Positions 1-10,300 of a stretch of DNA of 64,000 bases are shown here, in pieces. Origin of the DNA: a virus; the IMG/VR virus record IMGVR_UViG_3300020048_000048, positions 56,615-120,614 of that record; one strand, written 5' to 3'. The notes under the pieces are model-generated. The model saw only the letters and a list, made by a program, of their open reading frames with translations, was not told where the DNA came from and made no database searches. A program made the position numbers and the translations under genes. Numbering within the stretch: the stretch's first letter is position 1; each line of letters starts with the position of its first letter.

Positions 1-210
1 GTTATAACTGATGTAAGATTTAGCAATGAAGCAGAATTTGTAAAGAATCAGGGTGGCATTGTTATTCAAATTAAAAGAAATGGGTTTGGAGGATCTGGAC
101 ATGCGTCTGAAAAGGGGATTGATGATAAGTTAGTTGATTTTATTATTGAAAATAACGGGACTATGCAAGATTACGAAAGAAGTATTAATAATTTTCTAAT
201 AAATCTTTAA
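1..210 (+). CDS. Deoxynucleoside monophosphate kinase, C-terminal fragment (5' partial)
   Basis: Frame 1 reads VITDVRFSNEAEFVKNQGGIVIQIKR...GHASE...IENNGT...TAA(208-210). The DVRFxNE and HxSE motifs are typical of phage dNMP kinases. Not in the supplied ORF track. Confidence 0.8.
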   Translation, partial: VITDVRFSNEAEFVKNQGGIVIQIKRNGFGGSGHASEKGIDDKLVDFIIENNGTMQDYERSINNFLINL

Positions 211-739
211 TATAGGTATAATTTTTAGGCTTTTCCTTAGTTAACAGATAAATTCCATATAAAAGAATGCCTACCGAATCAACAATATCTGACGGCAATT
301 GTTTCTTTCCTAATTTTTCAGGAAATTGAATCCCCCAATCCTTATCTAAAGCTTCTTGGATGAATTTTTTATTAGCTTTAGTTTTCCAAAGTTCCTTTTG
401 CTCTTTAGTTGGTGTGGATCTTGTCGAAATGTATTTTTTCCATTCTGAGGGAGAACATTCAAGGATGGTTGTATTACTTGTGTGGCAAATCATTTGTGTA
501 ATACCTCTTAATACAAAATTAACATCAACGCCTTGGCAAAATTTTCCACTGGTAAAAAAAGACTCCTGAATTATTGCGTCTGGAGTAAAAAGCATTATTT
601 TTGCAATCAGTTGGTCGTACCACTTTTTGTAAACTTCTCCTTTTTCACCTTCTAATAAAATTAAACTACTTGTTATTTTTCCATCGTTGTAAAAGCTTAT
701 ACCCGTTGATTTTGAAGGATCGATTGCAATCAGACGCAT
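185..739 (-). CDS. ruvC: RuvC-like Holliday junction resolvase
   Basis: Acidic RuvC motifs IAIDPSxxTG, IIQESFF and C-terminal DIVDSVGI; 184 aa; AGGAG SD upstream. Confidence 0.75.
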   Translation of the reverse strand: MRLIAIDPSKSTGISFYNDGKITSSLILLEGEKGEVYKKWYDQLIAKIMLFTPDAIIQESFFTSGKFCQGVDVNFVLRGITQMICHTSNTTILECSPSEWKKYISTRSTPTKEQKELWKTKANKKFIQEALDKDWGIQFPEKLGKKQLPSDIVDSVGILLYGIYLLTKEKPKNYTYIKDLLENY

Positions 740-768
740 AAAAAATCTCCTTTTTTGTTGAAATATTT

Positions 769-795
769 TAAAGTTATTTTTAAAAGTTCCGTTAA
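769..795 (+). promoter_or_regulatory. Sigma-28-like promoter (representative of 34 copies)
   Basis: TAAAGTTA-N11-TCCGTTAA upstream of recA. The full list of copies is in the first finding. Confidence 0.8.
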
Positions 796-824
796 GTAAT
801 TATAATTTGAAAGGAGGATTTTGA

Positions 825-1961
825 ATGAGTTTTCAATCATTTGCAAAAAATATGAAGCAAAATATAGCTTCTTATGCAGTAAAGCAACAAGTGGAACAAT
901 TTGTAAGAACAAATGAACCATCGTTAGATTGGATTTTAGGTGGTGGTTTTAATATTCATAAAATCAATGTATTGTCTGGACCAACGGGAGTTGGAAAAAG
1001 TTTTGTTGCAATTAAAACAGCAATGGAATTGTTAAAAAATGAGCCAGATGATGTTGGCGTTCTTTTGTTGGACAGTGAATATTATTACCACAATCAGCCA
1101 GAAAGGTTAAAACGATTAGAAAGAATGGGTGTTGACCTGAATCGTTTAATGATTATTTCGGAAAACCGAATTGATCAAGCGTTTGAGGTTTTAAAAGAAG
1201 TAGAAAATAGTAATTCAAAGGGTAATCGTGCTATTTGTGCAATTATTATTGACAGTATTAATGGTTTTGAAGAACCAACTGCATCTGCAAAGGCATTAAA
1301 TGGAGAGTTGTCAAAATCGGCAAACACGTTTAGTGGACTAAGTAAAATTTTAAAAAACCTTGCAAAAATTCTTACAGGGATTTCTGCAAGAGGTGGAATT
1401 ACCACGTTTCTTGTTGCACATTGTTACTTAGATCAAACTTATATTGGAGCTGGTAAAAAATACATTGTATCAGGAGGAGACCAGTTTAAATATTTTGCAG
1501 ATAACATTTTGTTAATGACAAATGTTGAACGTAAGGATGCAAAAATTGGATTCTCTGGAGAGACTTTGGATAAGGACAAAGAGAAAGGAAGTGACCTAAT
1601 CTTTCAAGGGAAAACCATCAGAGTACAGGCTCAAAAGTCAAGAAATGTGGTTGAAGGTCGTAAGTGTGATGTTAAGATTAACTTCACCACTGCTGAATTT
1701 ATTGATAAGGAAAGTTCTCTTTTTTATCTTGCTTTAAATCTTGAGGTAATTAAGAAAAAGTCAACACAAATTTATTTTGTTCCAAAAGGTGATAATGCCA
1801 CATTGGAATTAAAAGCAACTGATTCAATAAAAGCTTTAAGAGATAATGAAGATTTGTTTAAATATGTTTTAAACAAGTGTATGTCGATAACTCAAAGAGA
1901 TGCAATTGATGTTAGTCTTGGGTCTGATGATATTATCGAAGAATTAACAGAGGAGGCTTAA
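825..1961 (+). CDS. recA: RecA/UvsX-like recombinase
   Basis: Walker A GPTGVGKS, LLLDSE, Walker B IIIDSI, SGGxxxKY and KSR motifs. Confidence 0.85.
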   Translation: MSFQSFAKNMKQNIASYAVKQQVEQFVRTNEPSLDWILGGGFNIHKINVLSGPTGVGKSFVAIKTAMELLKNEPDDVGVLLLDSEYYYHNQPERLKRLERMGVDLNRLMIISENRIDQAFEVLKEVENSNSKGNRAICAIIIDSINGFEEPTASAKALNGELSKSANTFSGLSKILKNLAKILTGISARGGITTFLVAHCYLDQTYIGAGKKYIVSGGDQFKYFADNILLMTNVERKDAKIGFSGETLDKDKEKGSDLIFQGKTIRVQAQKSRNVVEGRKCDVKINFTTAEFIDKESSLFYLALNLEVIKKKSTQIYFVPKGDNATLELKATDSIKALRDNEDLFKYVLNKCMSITQRDAIDVSLGSDDIIEELTEEA

Positions 1962-1962
1962 A

Positions 1963-2529
1963 ATGCAAGCTGATGATTTTCTAAACGGACTTAATGATGA
2001 TGTAAAACCTGTTAAAAAAGAGAGTATGTCTCTTACAATTGAACATGAATATTTAAATTTACCAGAGTTAAAAGTTCAATTTTCTCAAATTCAAAAAAAA
2101 CTTGCACCGTATATGAATGTTACAACGCAACAGCACACAGTAACTTCTGAAAACGCTGGGATTGTCCTTTCTACTTTATCAGAAGGTTTTTTAGAGGTTG
2201 TAAAATATTTATCTCTATCAAATAATCAATTATCGTCTTTGGAAGTTGAAAAGAAAAGAATTGAGGCAAAAGTTGCCATTGAAGATTACAGTGTTTATAT
2301 AAAAGAAACGGCACAAAAAGGAACTGAAGAGTTTCGTAAAAGTTATGTAAATATGCATCCTGAGGTTGTTGACATTAGATTACGATGTGCATTCGCCGAA
2401 TCTATTAAAATAGAGCTTGACAATTATAAATCATGCTTGTTTATGTCACTATCGTCTGTAAAAGCTATAGCATTTTCGCAAAGAAGCAGTGATATGTTGA
2501 GTGGTGGGTTTAGTGGTGTTTTTAGTTAA
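1963..2529 (+). CDS. Helical protein, possible UvsY-like recombination mediator
   Basis: Coiled-coil character and position immediately after recA. Function inferred from synteny only. Confidence 0.4.
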   Translation: MQADDFLNGLNDDVKPVKKESMSLTIEHEYLNLPELKVQFSQIQKKLAPYMNVTTQQHTVTSENAGIVLSTLSEGFLEVVKYLSLSNNQLSSLEVEKKRIEAKVAIEDYSVYIKETAQKGTEEFRKSYVNMHPEVVDIRLRCAFAESIKIELDNYKSCLFMSLSSVKAIAFSQRSSDMLSGGFSGVFS

Positions 2530-2590
2530 ATAAAATTAAAGTTTTTTTTATTTATTCCGTTAAGTAATGTAAGGCAGAAAGGTAGGTGTT

Positions 2591-2962
2591 ATGGAAATAC
2601 ATGTTTGGGCTTATAATAAAGCTCCAAAAGATAGTATAAAACTGGTTAATCCATTTAAAAAGCCAGTTTTAAGAAATGAATTTTTAAAGACGTTCGTTCT
2701 ATGGATGAATGAACATGATGCAAGGTTGAAAGCAATTTCTCATTTTGATTTAATACCTCTACAACCAACTGTAGAGAGAAGTATTTTTTGGGAAATTCTT
2801 TTTTCTCAAGATATTTTTTTTCTTATGATGTTGTTTAAGAACACATCTAAAGCGAATAAGAAAATTAATATCGCCATGGTTACTGATGAAGAAGTTATGA
2901 AGCTACTTGAATTAAATATGCTTCGTTTTAATATAAAAGTAATGAAAGGACAAAAAGTATGA
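2591..2962 (+). CDS. Hypothetical protein
   Basis: ORF with an SD, downstream of the sigma-28-like promoter at 2537-2563. Confidence 0.6.
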   Translation: MEIHVWAYNKAPKDSIKLVNPFKKPVLRNEFLKTFVLWMNEHDARLKAISHFDLIPLQPTVERSIFWEILFSQDIFFLMMLFKNTSKANKKINIAMVTDEEVMKLLELNMLRFNIKVMKGQKV

Positions 2963-4011
2963 GTTTTTTGGAACAAGCGTCTGCGAATTTAGCCCCTGTT
3001 GAAATTGATAGTTTATTCTTTGAGAACATTCCTCAAGGAACAACAATTTTAAAATTATTCCCATTGCCTTTGATGAACGAGTATGGGCAATACTTGTCAT
3101 TCTTAAATATCACAACATTCCCGTTTAAAAACAAAATGAAAGACGGTAGCGAGAAAGTTTTCTACCGATACGCAAAAAAAGATGACCCAGTATTAGGCAT
3201 TCATGATGGGTATATGGAAAAAATAAAACATCTTCCAACTGAAGAAAAAAAGGTTGAAAAGGAAAAGGTTAAAGAACTTTTTGCACCAAGGTTTAGAATT
3301 ATATGTTTGGCGTATAATTATACGTCAAAAAAACTTTCCCTTGTTGAAATGCCTTACACTCTTCGTAAAGATATTTACGGTGAAAACGGCGTTGCAACTA
3401 AAAATAGGAATGTATTAAATCCACACTCAGAAAGTGGATGGATTGCTATTACTAAAACAGGTGAAAGATTTGAGACAAAATATCATATAGAAATTGCTCA
3501 TGTGCAAAAACAAATAAAAACTGAAAGTGGAGAAATTGTTGAAGCTAAAGTTGAATTAAAAGAAAAAATTCCAGATTCAATTTTAAATCAACCATTAGAG
3601 TTTTTTCCAAATCCAGAAAAAAAGCTTGAGAGGCTTTATTGGTCTCTTGAAATGATACAAGAACATATTAAGAGTAAGTTTAGGCTAACAAGGAATGGTA
3701 TTTTGGAAAAATTAGGGATAAAAGAGGAAGATTCTAAACCAGTTGTGGAAGAATTGAAACAAGAAGTTGTTGCGCCTACAGTTCCAGTTGCAGAAGTTGT
3801 TCAGCCAGTAATTTCTCAACCAGTTGTTGCACCTACAATTCCAGTTGCAGAAGTTGTTGTGCAACCTGTAGTACAACCTGTAACACCTCAGTCCGAAGTT
3901 GTGGTTGTAACTTCAACAATTCAACCAGTGGCTCCACCAGTTGAACAAAAAACAGAAGCACCAAAGTTTACTTCTGTTTCGGCTGATGATTTTCTTAATG
4001 ATTTAACTTAA
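2959..4011 (+). CDS. Single-stranded DNA-binding protein (gp32-like)
   Basis: ITKTGERFETKY motif, long Pro/Val/Gln linker, acidic tail SADDFLNDLT, located in the recombination operon. Confidence 0.65.
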   Translation: MSFLEQASANLAPVEIDSLFFENIPQGTTILKLFPLPLMNEYGQYLSFLNITTFPFKNKMKDGSEKVFYRYAKKDDPVLGIHDGYMEKIKHLPTEEKKVEKEKVKELFAPRFRIICLAYNYTSKKLSLVEMPYTLRKDIYGENGVATKNRNVLNPHSESGWIAITKTGERFETKYHIEIAHVQKQIKTESGEIVEAKVELKEKIPDSILNQPLEFFPNPEKKLERLYWSLEMIQEHIKSKFRLTRNGILEKLGIKEEDSKPVVEELKQEVVAPTVPVAEVVQPVISQPVVAPTIPVAEVVVQPVVQPVTPQSEVVVVTSTIQPVAPPVEQKTEAPKFTSVSADDFLNDLT

Positions 4012-5798
4012 ACTATTACTAAAAATGTTCCATGAACTTCTAACGTAACACTTCCACCTGCGATTTTAATATCAAAGGTGGTTCCGCTGTTTTGAAATGT
4101 AAACCCAGAAGGTGCATTAATTCGTATATAATTGGTTTCACTTGCCGTTGCAGTGTCGGTAATTCTATACATAGATTCTGAACTACAGTTTGACAAAGTT
4201 ACAGTTCTAACTCCAGTTCCACTTGTAATTAATGCCCACTCTTTGTTATTACATGTAATTGTTCCGTTCGTTTTTGTCGTTTTTGTCCAAACAACACCAC
4301 CAGCAAGACTATCAAGTTTTGTTTTATCAGTAGAACTCATTAACCCCGCAACTGAAGTTGTTGCATTGTCAATTGTGACAACGCCTGTTTGACCGTTTAC
4401 AGAAGTAACGCCTGTTGTTGGCGTTAATATCTCTTTCCAATCTGCAAGTGTTGAGTAACTGTTTGTTGCAAGAATGAACGTTTTACTTAGGTCTGTACGG
4501 ATAGCAACATCACCCTGACGAGCGTCAGTTAATCCTAACATTGCTAATTCCGTTGACACTGTAAATGTATCGGTGATTGCTATACTAGGAAGTTGTGATT
4601 GTGGAATCTTTCCTGCACTGTCTAAACTTGCATATCCGCTGGCAATTCCTTTATTTGCTGACTTTTCATAAATAGAAGGGATTTGTGATTCAGGAATTTT
4701 TGCACTTGAATCTAAACTTGCATAACCATCAGCAACACCCTTTTGCGAAACAACTTGAGTATTGTCAAGTTTTTCTTTATCAAGGGCACTCATTAAACCT
4801 TCAGATAAGGTTGTTGCAACTGAGGTTGCGTTTATATGTTGAGTTTGCGTTAAATGATAGCGTTCTGAAGCACTTCCTCCTTGGATACCTGATTTAGAAT
4901 TGTGATCAAGGGAATTAACTGCACTTGAAAAGTCAGATATTGTTGACGCAGTTTGTGTTCCCGTGTGATTTGCACGATTCCTGTCTACAGAATGGAAGTG
5001 TAAGGTAGAATCTCCAGACGCTGTTAAATCAGAGAATTGGCTTGCAGTTAAGTGTTTGTAATCACCTGCATTAAGGTTTGTTAAACTATTGTGTTCTTGT
5101 GTAATTCCACCAATTTGGGAATCCACATATCCTTTATTTGTAAGGTCACTTGGAGCTGACGGGGCTGACGTTTGGGTTATTTTAAAATCACCCATGTCAA
5201 AATTACCCTCAGCAGTTTCACTTCCGTCTTTTGGGAAACATGCCAATCCTCTTGCGGTATTTGATGAAATGGTCGAATCCATGTCACTAATTTTTGCATC
5301 AAGGAATGTTAAACTTTCACTTAATACAAAAACAATCGACCCAACGATTTTAAACATCACATTTTTGTTTTTATTTATAACAAAAGATGAAGTTCCATCT
5401 TGGAATGTTATTCCAGAAGGGGATAGTATTGTAATTGCGTTTGTTCCAGCATTTTGTGCCAAAACTGAAAAACAAGACCCATTTAAAGGACTTGTTGGAA
5501 TTGACAGAGAAATTGGAGAAGTTGCCGTCACTCTTATGACGGAACCTAATGTAATTTGAGAAGAAACTGAAGCAGTCGCACTGCTTGTTAGTTGCAAATC
5601 TGCCACGTCTGATAGATATTTTATCCATTCATATGTTGACTTTCCTAACCAGTTTACCCATTCCATAACTGGCTTTTCACCTTTTGCAGTTTCAACATAC
5701 GCCCAACCCATTTCCAACTTTTCATTAGAAGGCTCTACAACTTTAGCTGTTGGATCTATTGCCCATTTGGGCATTGTAATCGAAGGTTTTTGTGCCAT
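4008..5798 (-). CDS. Tail fibre protein
   Basis: N-terminal PKWA...EP...GW...EKP...NWL fibre anchor; fibre repeats NHTGTQTASTISDF, KGxAxGYASLDS (x2), VTSVNGQTG and GLMSxxDKxKLD (x2). Confidence 0.85.
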   Translation of the reverse strand: MAQKPSITMPKWAIDPTAKVVEPSNEKLEMGWAYVETAKGEKPVMEWVNWLGKSTYEWIKYLSDVADLQLTSSATASVSSQITLGSVIRVTATSPISLSIPTSPLNGSCFSVLAQNAGTNAITILSPSGITFQDGTSSFVINKNKNVMFKIVGSIVFVLSESLTFLDAKISDMDSTISSNTARGLACFPKDGSETAEGNFDMGDFKITQTSAPSAPSDLTNKGYVDSQIGGITQEHNSLTNLNAGDYKHLTASQFSDLTASGDSTLHFHSVDRNRANHTGTQTASTISDFSSAVNSLDHNSKSGIQGGSASERYHLTQTQHINATSVATTLSEGLMSALDKEKLDNTQVVSQKGVADGYASLDSSAKIPESQIPSIYEKSANKGIASGYASLDSAGKIPQSQLPSIAITDTFTVSTELAMLGLTDARQGDVAIRTDLSKTFILATNSYSTLADWKEILTPTTGVTSVNGQTGVVTIDNATTSVAGLMSSTDKTKLDSLAGGVVWTKTTKTNGTITCNNKEWALITSGTGVRTVTLSNCSSESMYRITDTATASETNYIRINAPSGFTFQNSGTTFDIKIAGGSVTLEVHGTFLVIV

Positions 5799-5800
5799 TT

Positions 5801-6265
5801 TTACTCTCCTGCTGTTTCGTTAAAGAAGAAACCACCTTCTTCACTTAACGTTGTTTTGAATCCCTTATCTTCACTGTTAAAACCAAACCATACAAAAGGT
5901 TGTCCAGTGAAGTAAAAACTTGTAGTTGATGAAAAAATACTCCAAATAGTATTCTCAACTTGGTATCTTATTTTAACATAAGTTTGACCATTTGACTTTA
6001 GAAACGACTTTGTGAGAATCTCAAAATCGACTAAATTATCTAACGGGTCAATATTTATAACATAATGAATAACATCAGCACTAAAATTTTCATTTTGACA
6101 GATGTAAAGGTCAATAGAACTTGGACGATCTCCTTCCATTTTTGATTTAAATGGGTAAAGAAATATCTTTACCTGCCCTGTTAGGCTTTCTATTTTCTTT
6201 ACCATAGGTGGGTATACATAACTTCCCCTACCTATGCCAGTTTTAATGTCCGTAAAAATTTCCAT
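5801..6265 (-). CDS. Tail/baseplate-associated protein
   Basis: Lies in the fibre operon; C-terminal WFGFNSEDKGF motif is shared with 25881..28349. Confidence 0.5.
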   Translation of the reverse strand: MEIFTDIKTGIGRGSYVYPPMVKKIESLTGQVKIFLYPFKSKMEGDRPSSIDLYICQNENFSADVIHYVINIDPLDNLVDFEILTKSFLKSNGQTYVKIRYQVENTIWSIFSSTTSFYFTGQPFVWFGFNSEDKGFKTTLSEEGGFFFNETAGE

Positions 6266-6266
6266 C

Positions 6267-6752
6267 TCACCCTCCTACTTTGTAAAAAGTTGTGTTCACC
6301 AATCGTAATGTAAAACTTCCATTCATATCAACAATCCCATCAAGACTTCCGTCTTCAAATGTGTAACCTAATGGTAATATAAATGTTATCTTTCTTGCAG
6401 AAGAAGCTTTGCAAATAAATGTGCATTTTTGATTTTCCACAAGGTTTAAAGAGTTTACGTTTATTTGAATTTCTTCAGAAGATGCGTCTATAAAGAAGGC
6501 ACCTCCAAAATAGATATTGCTTGAGCTGGATATTTTTGTTAAAGTTGTGTCGTTAAATCTTGTTACTTCGTCTAAATATTCAATCCATTCATAAGTTGTT
6601 TTATGAAGCCAGTTTTGAATATCCATGATAGGTTTCTCGCCTATAGTTCCATAAGCATATTCCCACCCTGATTCTTTTTTTGTTTCTAATGGTTCTGCAA
6701 CAATCGCTCCAGACGCTGTTGCCCATTTTGGCTTTTTCAATGGTCTATCCAC
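6267..6752 (-). CDS. Short paralogue of the tail-fibre N-terminus
   Basis: KPKWA...EP...GW...GEKP.M...NWL.K.TYEWI.YL aligns with the N-terminus of 4008..5798. Confidence 0.7.
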   Translation of the reverse strand: MDRPLKKPKWATASGAIVAEPLETKKESGWEYAYGTIGEKPIMDIQNWLHKTTYEWIEYLDEVTRFNDTTLTKISSSSNIYFGGAFFIDASSEEIQINVNSLNLVENQKCTFICKASSARKITFILPLGYTFEDGSLDGIVDMNGSFTLRLVNTTFYKVGG

Positions 6753-6755
6753 ACT

Positions 6756-7229
6756 TCACCTCGCAATGAGTACAAAATACTCACCAATTAATCTAAAAGT
6801 TAAACAGTTATTTCCAACATCTAAGATACAATCTGTTGAATCATCTTCAAATTTATAACCAAGTGGCGTTAGTATTTGAACATAATTTGTTTCACTAATG
6901 TTTGGTCCTAATTTTATTAAAAAATAATCTCCTTGTTGCCACCCTTGACTTTCAATTTGAAGTTGACATGGAGAAGGAACAAATATATAATAGTTTGGAC
7001 TAATTGTATCAACACTTTGACTTACAGCTTTAACCTTATTTGCCCATCCGTTGGATATACAGAAGGTATTGTGTTCATGTCCTATATATGCTCTTTGGTT
7101 TTGTGCATACATATTCATCGCTTGTTGTTCTGGAGTTGGAGGTGTAGGAACTTCAACAACCCTTAAAGTGGATTTTGTTGTTAACCTATCTCTTACTATT
7201 TCCATGAAACGCCCCTCCGATAATTTCAT
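6756..7229 (-). CDS. Tail-fibre-associated protein
   Basis: C-terminal SETNYxxIxxPxGxxF module shared with the fibre C-terminus; first gene of the operon. Confidence 0.55.
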   Translation of the reverse strand: MKLSEGRFMEIVRDRLTTKSTLRVVEVPTPPTPEQQAMNMYAQNQRAYIGHEHNTFCISNGWANKVKAVSQSVDTISPNYYIFVPSPCQLQIESQGWQQGDYFLIKLGPNISETNYVQILTPLGYKFEDDSTDCILDVGNNCLTFRLIGEYFVLIAR

Positions 7230-7325
7230 TTATTTTAAACAAAATTAAAGTTTAAAAAAAAAGAACCGTTAAGTTAAATAGAGTGGGATTTTTTAAATCT
7301 TTCGACTCTTTTTTAGGAGGTTTTT

Positions 7326-10300
7326 ATGGAAATCACGAACGGGTTTCATGCCCACAGTGAGTATTCACTAGACGGCGCTTGCACTGTTAAACAAATGATT
7401 AAAAGGTGTGAGGAGTTAGGGAGATCTCATTGTGTTATAACGGACCATGGGGTCATGTCAGCTCTTGGTGAACTGTACTTTGAAACAAAAGGAAGTAAAA
7501 TAAAGCCAATTTTTGGCATAGAGGCTTATTGTATTAATAAAAATTGGAGTGAAAAGTCACACCATGTTACTATTCATTTTAAAACTTACAAAGCTTATCA
7601 GTATTTTTGTAACAAGTTTCCAGAAATGGTCTCTACAGCTGAGGTGAAGTATGGGAACTTAAAACCTATTCTTCAGTATGAAGATTTATTTGAAATTAAA
7701 AACGATATTGTTTTAGGCTCAGGATGCTTTACATCATGGATTCAATCAGCTTTAAGAGAAAATAATATCTCAAAAGCTGAAAAAATTTATGATGAATTAG
7801 AAAGTTTAGTTGGAAAGGATAATTTTTTTATAGAAGTTATGCCTCACGTTTTAGATAAAAATTGGGTAAAGCCAGAAGTTGATAAAGAAACAAAGTTAAT
7901 CTTAAAAGAAGGTTATTTTGAAGATTTGGGAAGAGATCTTCAAAAGGATGTGAATATCCTTCTTGTAAAATTGGCAAGAAAAAAGGGTGGTAAAATTATT
8001 TGCTCTGAAGATTCGCATATGACCCATGAGCATAAAAAATTTATCCAAGACGTGAGAATTGCAAATGGTGAAAAAACTACTTGGAAATTTTCTGTCGCTT
8101 ATTCTATGGAGCCTATTGACAAATGGATGCCAGTTTATGAGGAATTAGGCATTTCCAAAGAAGAATTAGTTGAAAATTCAATTAAACATGCTTCTTTATT
8201 TGACGACTTTAAGTGGGAAAAGAAGTTATATTTAGTTGATGAAACCTTGATTAATTATACCCACGACTCTTTAACAAAAGAGTTAGTTTCAAGGTTTGAT
8301 TTAAGTTTAATACCAGTTGAAAAAAAAGATATATACATGGCAAGGTTTAAGGAGGAGATTGACGTAATTACTAATAATGGTTTGGCTAACTTTATACCTT
8401 ACATATTGTTAATTCATGAGGTTGTACAGTATTCAAGACAACATAATTGTTATATTTCACCAAGAGGGTCTGCTGGGGGGTCTTTAATACTGTTTTTATT
8501 AGGAATTTCAATTGCAGATCCTATTAAATATAAATTATCTTTTGCCAGATTCTTAACAAAAGGTAGGATTATGTCAGGGAACCTTCCTGATATTGATATT
8601 GACTGTGGATCAAGAGATCTTGTTTTTAATTATTTATTTACGAAATATAAAGATAAGATTTGTTTAGTTTCAACAAATCAGGTTCAAAAAATGAAAAACG
8701 CTATTAAGGATTGTGAAAGGATTTTAAGAGGCAAGGTGTCTGATGAAACTGTTGAAATGACGAAGGGATTGCCAGATTTTAGATGTTCTGTTGATGAGTT
8801 TTTCAACGGATACGAAGATGAAGACGGGACTCACCCTCCTTATGAAGATACAAAAGATGGTCTTAATTTTAAAAACTGGAAAGAAGTTTACCCTGATGTG
8901 TGGGAGCATGCGCATCAGTGCTTAGGTATTCAAAGGTCAAGAGGGGTTCATGCGTGTGCCACTTTAATAACTCCTGAGAGAATAAGTAATATTATTCCAA
9001 TATCAAAAACAAAAGACGACTATCCTTTGAGTGAGTATGTTGCCAAAATTGCTGAAAAATTAGGCATTATTAAATATGATTTTTTAAGTTTAGACTGTTT
9101 GTCTTCAATTGGTAAAACTATTGATATGATAAATAGAAATTATGGGAAAGATTTGAAATGGGGAGAATTTCCTCTTGATGATAAAGTTATGGAGTTTGTG
9201 TATAGAAAAAATAATATGGCAGGGATTTTTCAATGCACAAGAATTACAATTCCTTTTATAAAAAAAGGAAATGTTAAAACCATAATTGACTTGTCAAACT
9301 TTATTGCACTGGTGAGACCGGGGGCTTTAGACGCACCGGCTCCAGATGGAAGTGATCAAACTGGTGCTCAGTTTTATTTGAGTGTTGCTCAGGGTGAAAA
9401 ACAACCATTTTCTCTTCATAAAAAACTTGATCCAATTCTTGAAGAAACTTTTGGGATCATTTTGTATCAAGAGCAAATTCAAGAAATTTTTAAACAATTA
9501 GGGGGCATGGACGATTCTGAAGCTTCAGAAGCTATGAGGGCTGTGTCTAAGAAAAATAAAGAGTTATTGGAAAAATACTGTAACATTTTAATTGAAAATA
9601 TTAAGGGAGATTTTACAGAAGAACAAATAAAAATGTTAATCAAAAGTATTATGGCTTCAGGAAGATATGCCTTTAATAAGTCTCACAGCGTTTGCTATGC
9701 TGTAAATAGTTATGCGGAAGCTTGGTTGAAGTTTTATTATCCATTAGAATTTTGGGTATGCAAGTTGAATGAAAAAATTGACAAGTTGGATGATATTTAT
9801 GACTCATTTTACCCTGAAGTAAAACATTATATAAAACCAATTCATGTTGGAAATAGTGATGGGAATGAGTTTATTATTAAAGATGGATCAATTTACCCAC
9901 CTCTAAATGTTGTTAAAAGGATTTCAAATGGAAACAAAATTAAAGAACTTTACGACCAAGATTGGGGTAAATTTTTAGATAATTTAAAAAACCAAAAGCC
10001 AAAGCAAAAAATATCTGCCACAGAGTTGTTTACAGCTTTGTATTGCGGTCTTTTAGGTGATTTTAGTATAGAAGATACTACTAAAAAATTGGAAGAAATT
10101 AAAAAAGCAATGGGAAGTAAAGCTTCTGGCGGGAAAAGTAAAGCCGATAAAATAGCAATAGGTGATATTAAAAGTAGTTTAGATTTAGTATTATTTAAAA
10201 CTCAAAACAACCCAGTCTATAGGTTTTGCTATGCTGATGAGAATGATTTGAGTAAAAAAGGTTGGGATAGAAAATCTCATGAATGGGTTGCATATATGGA

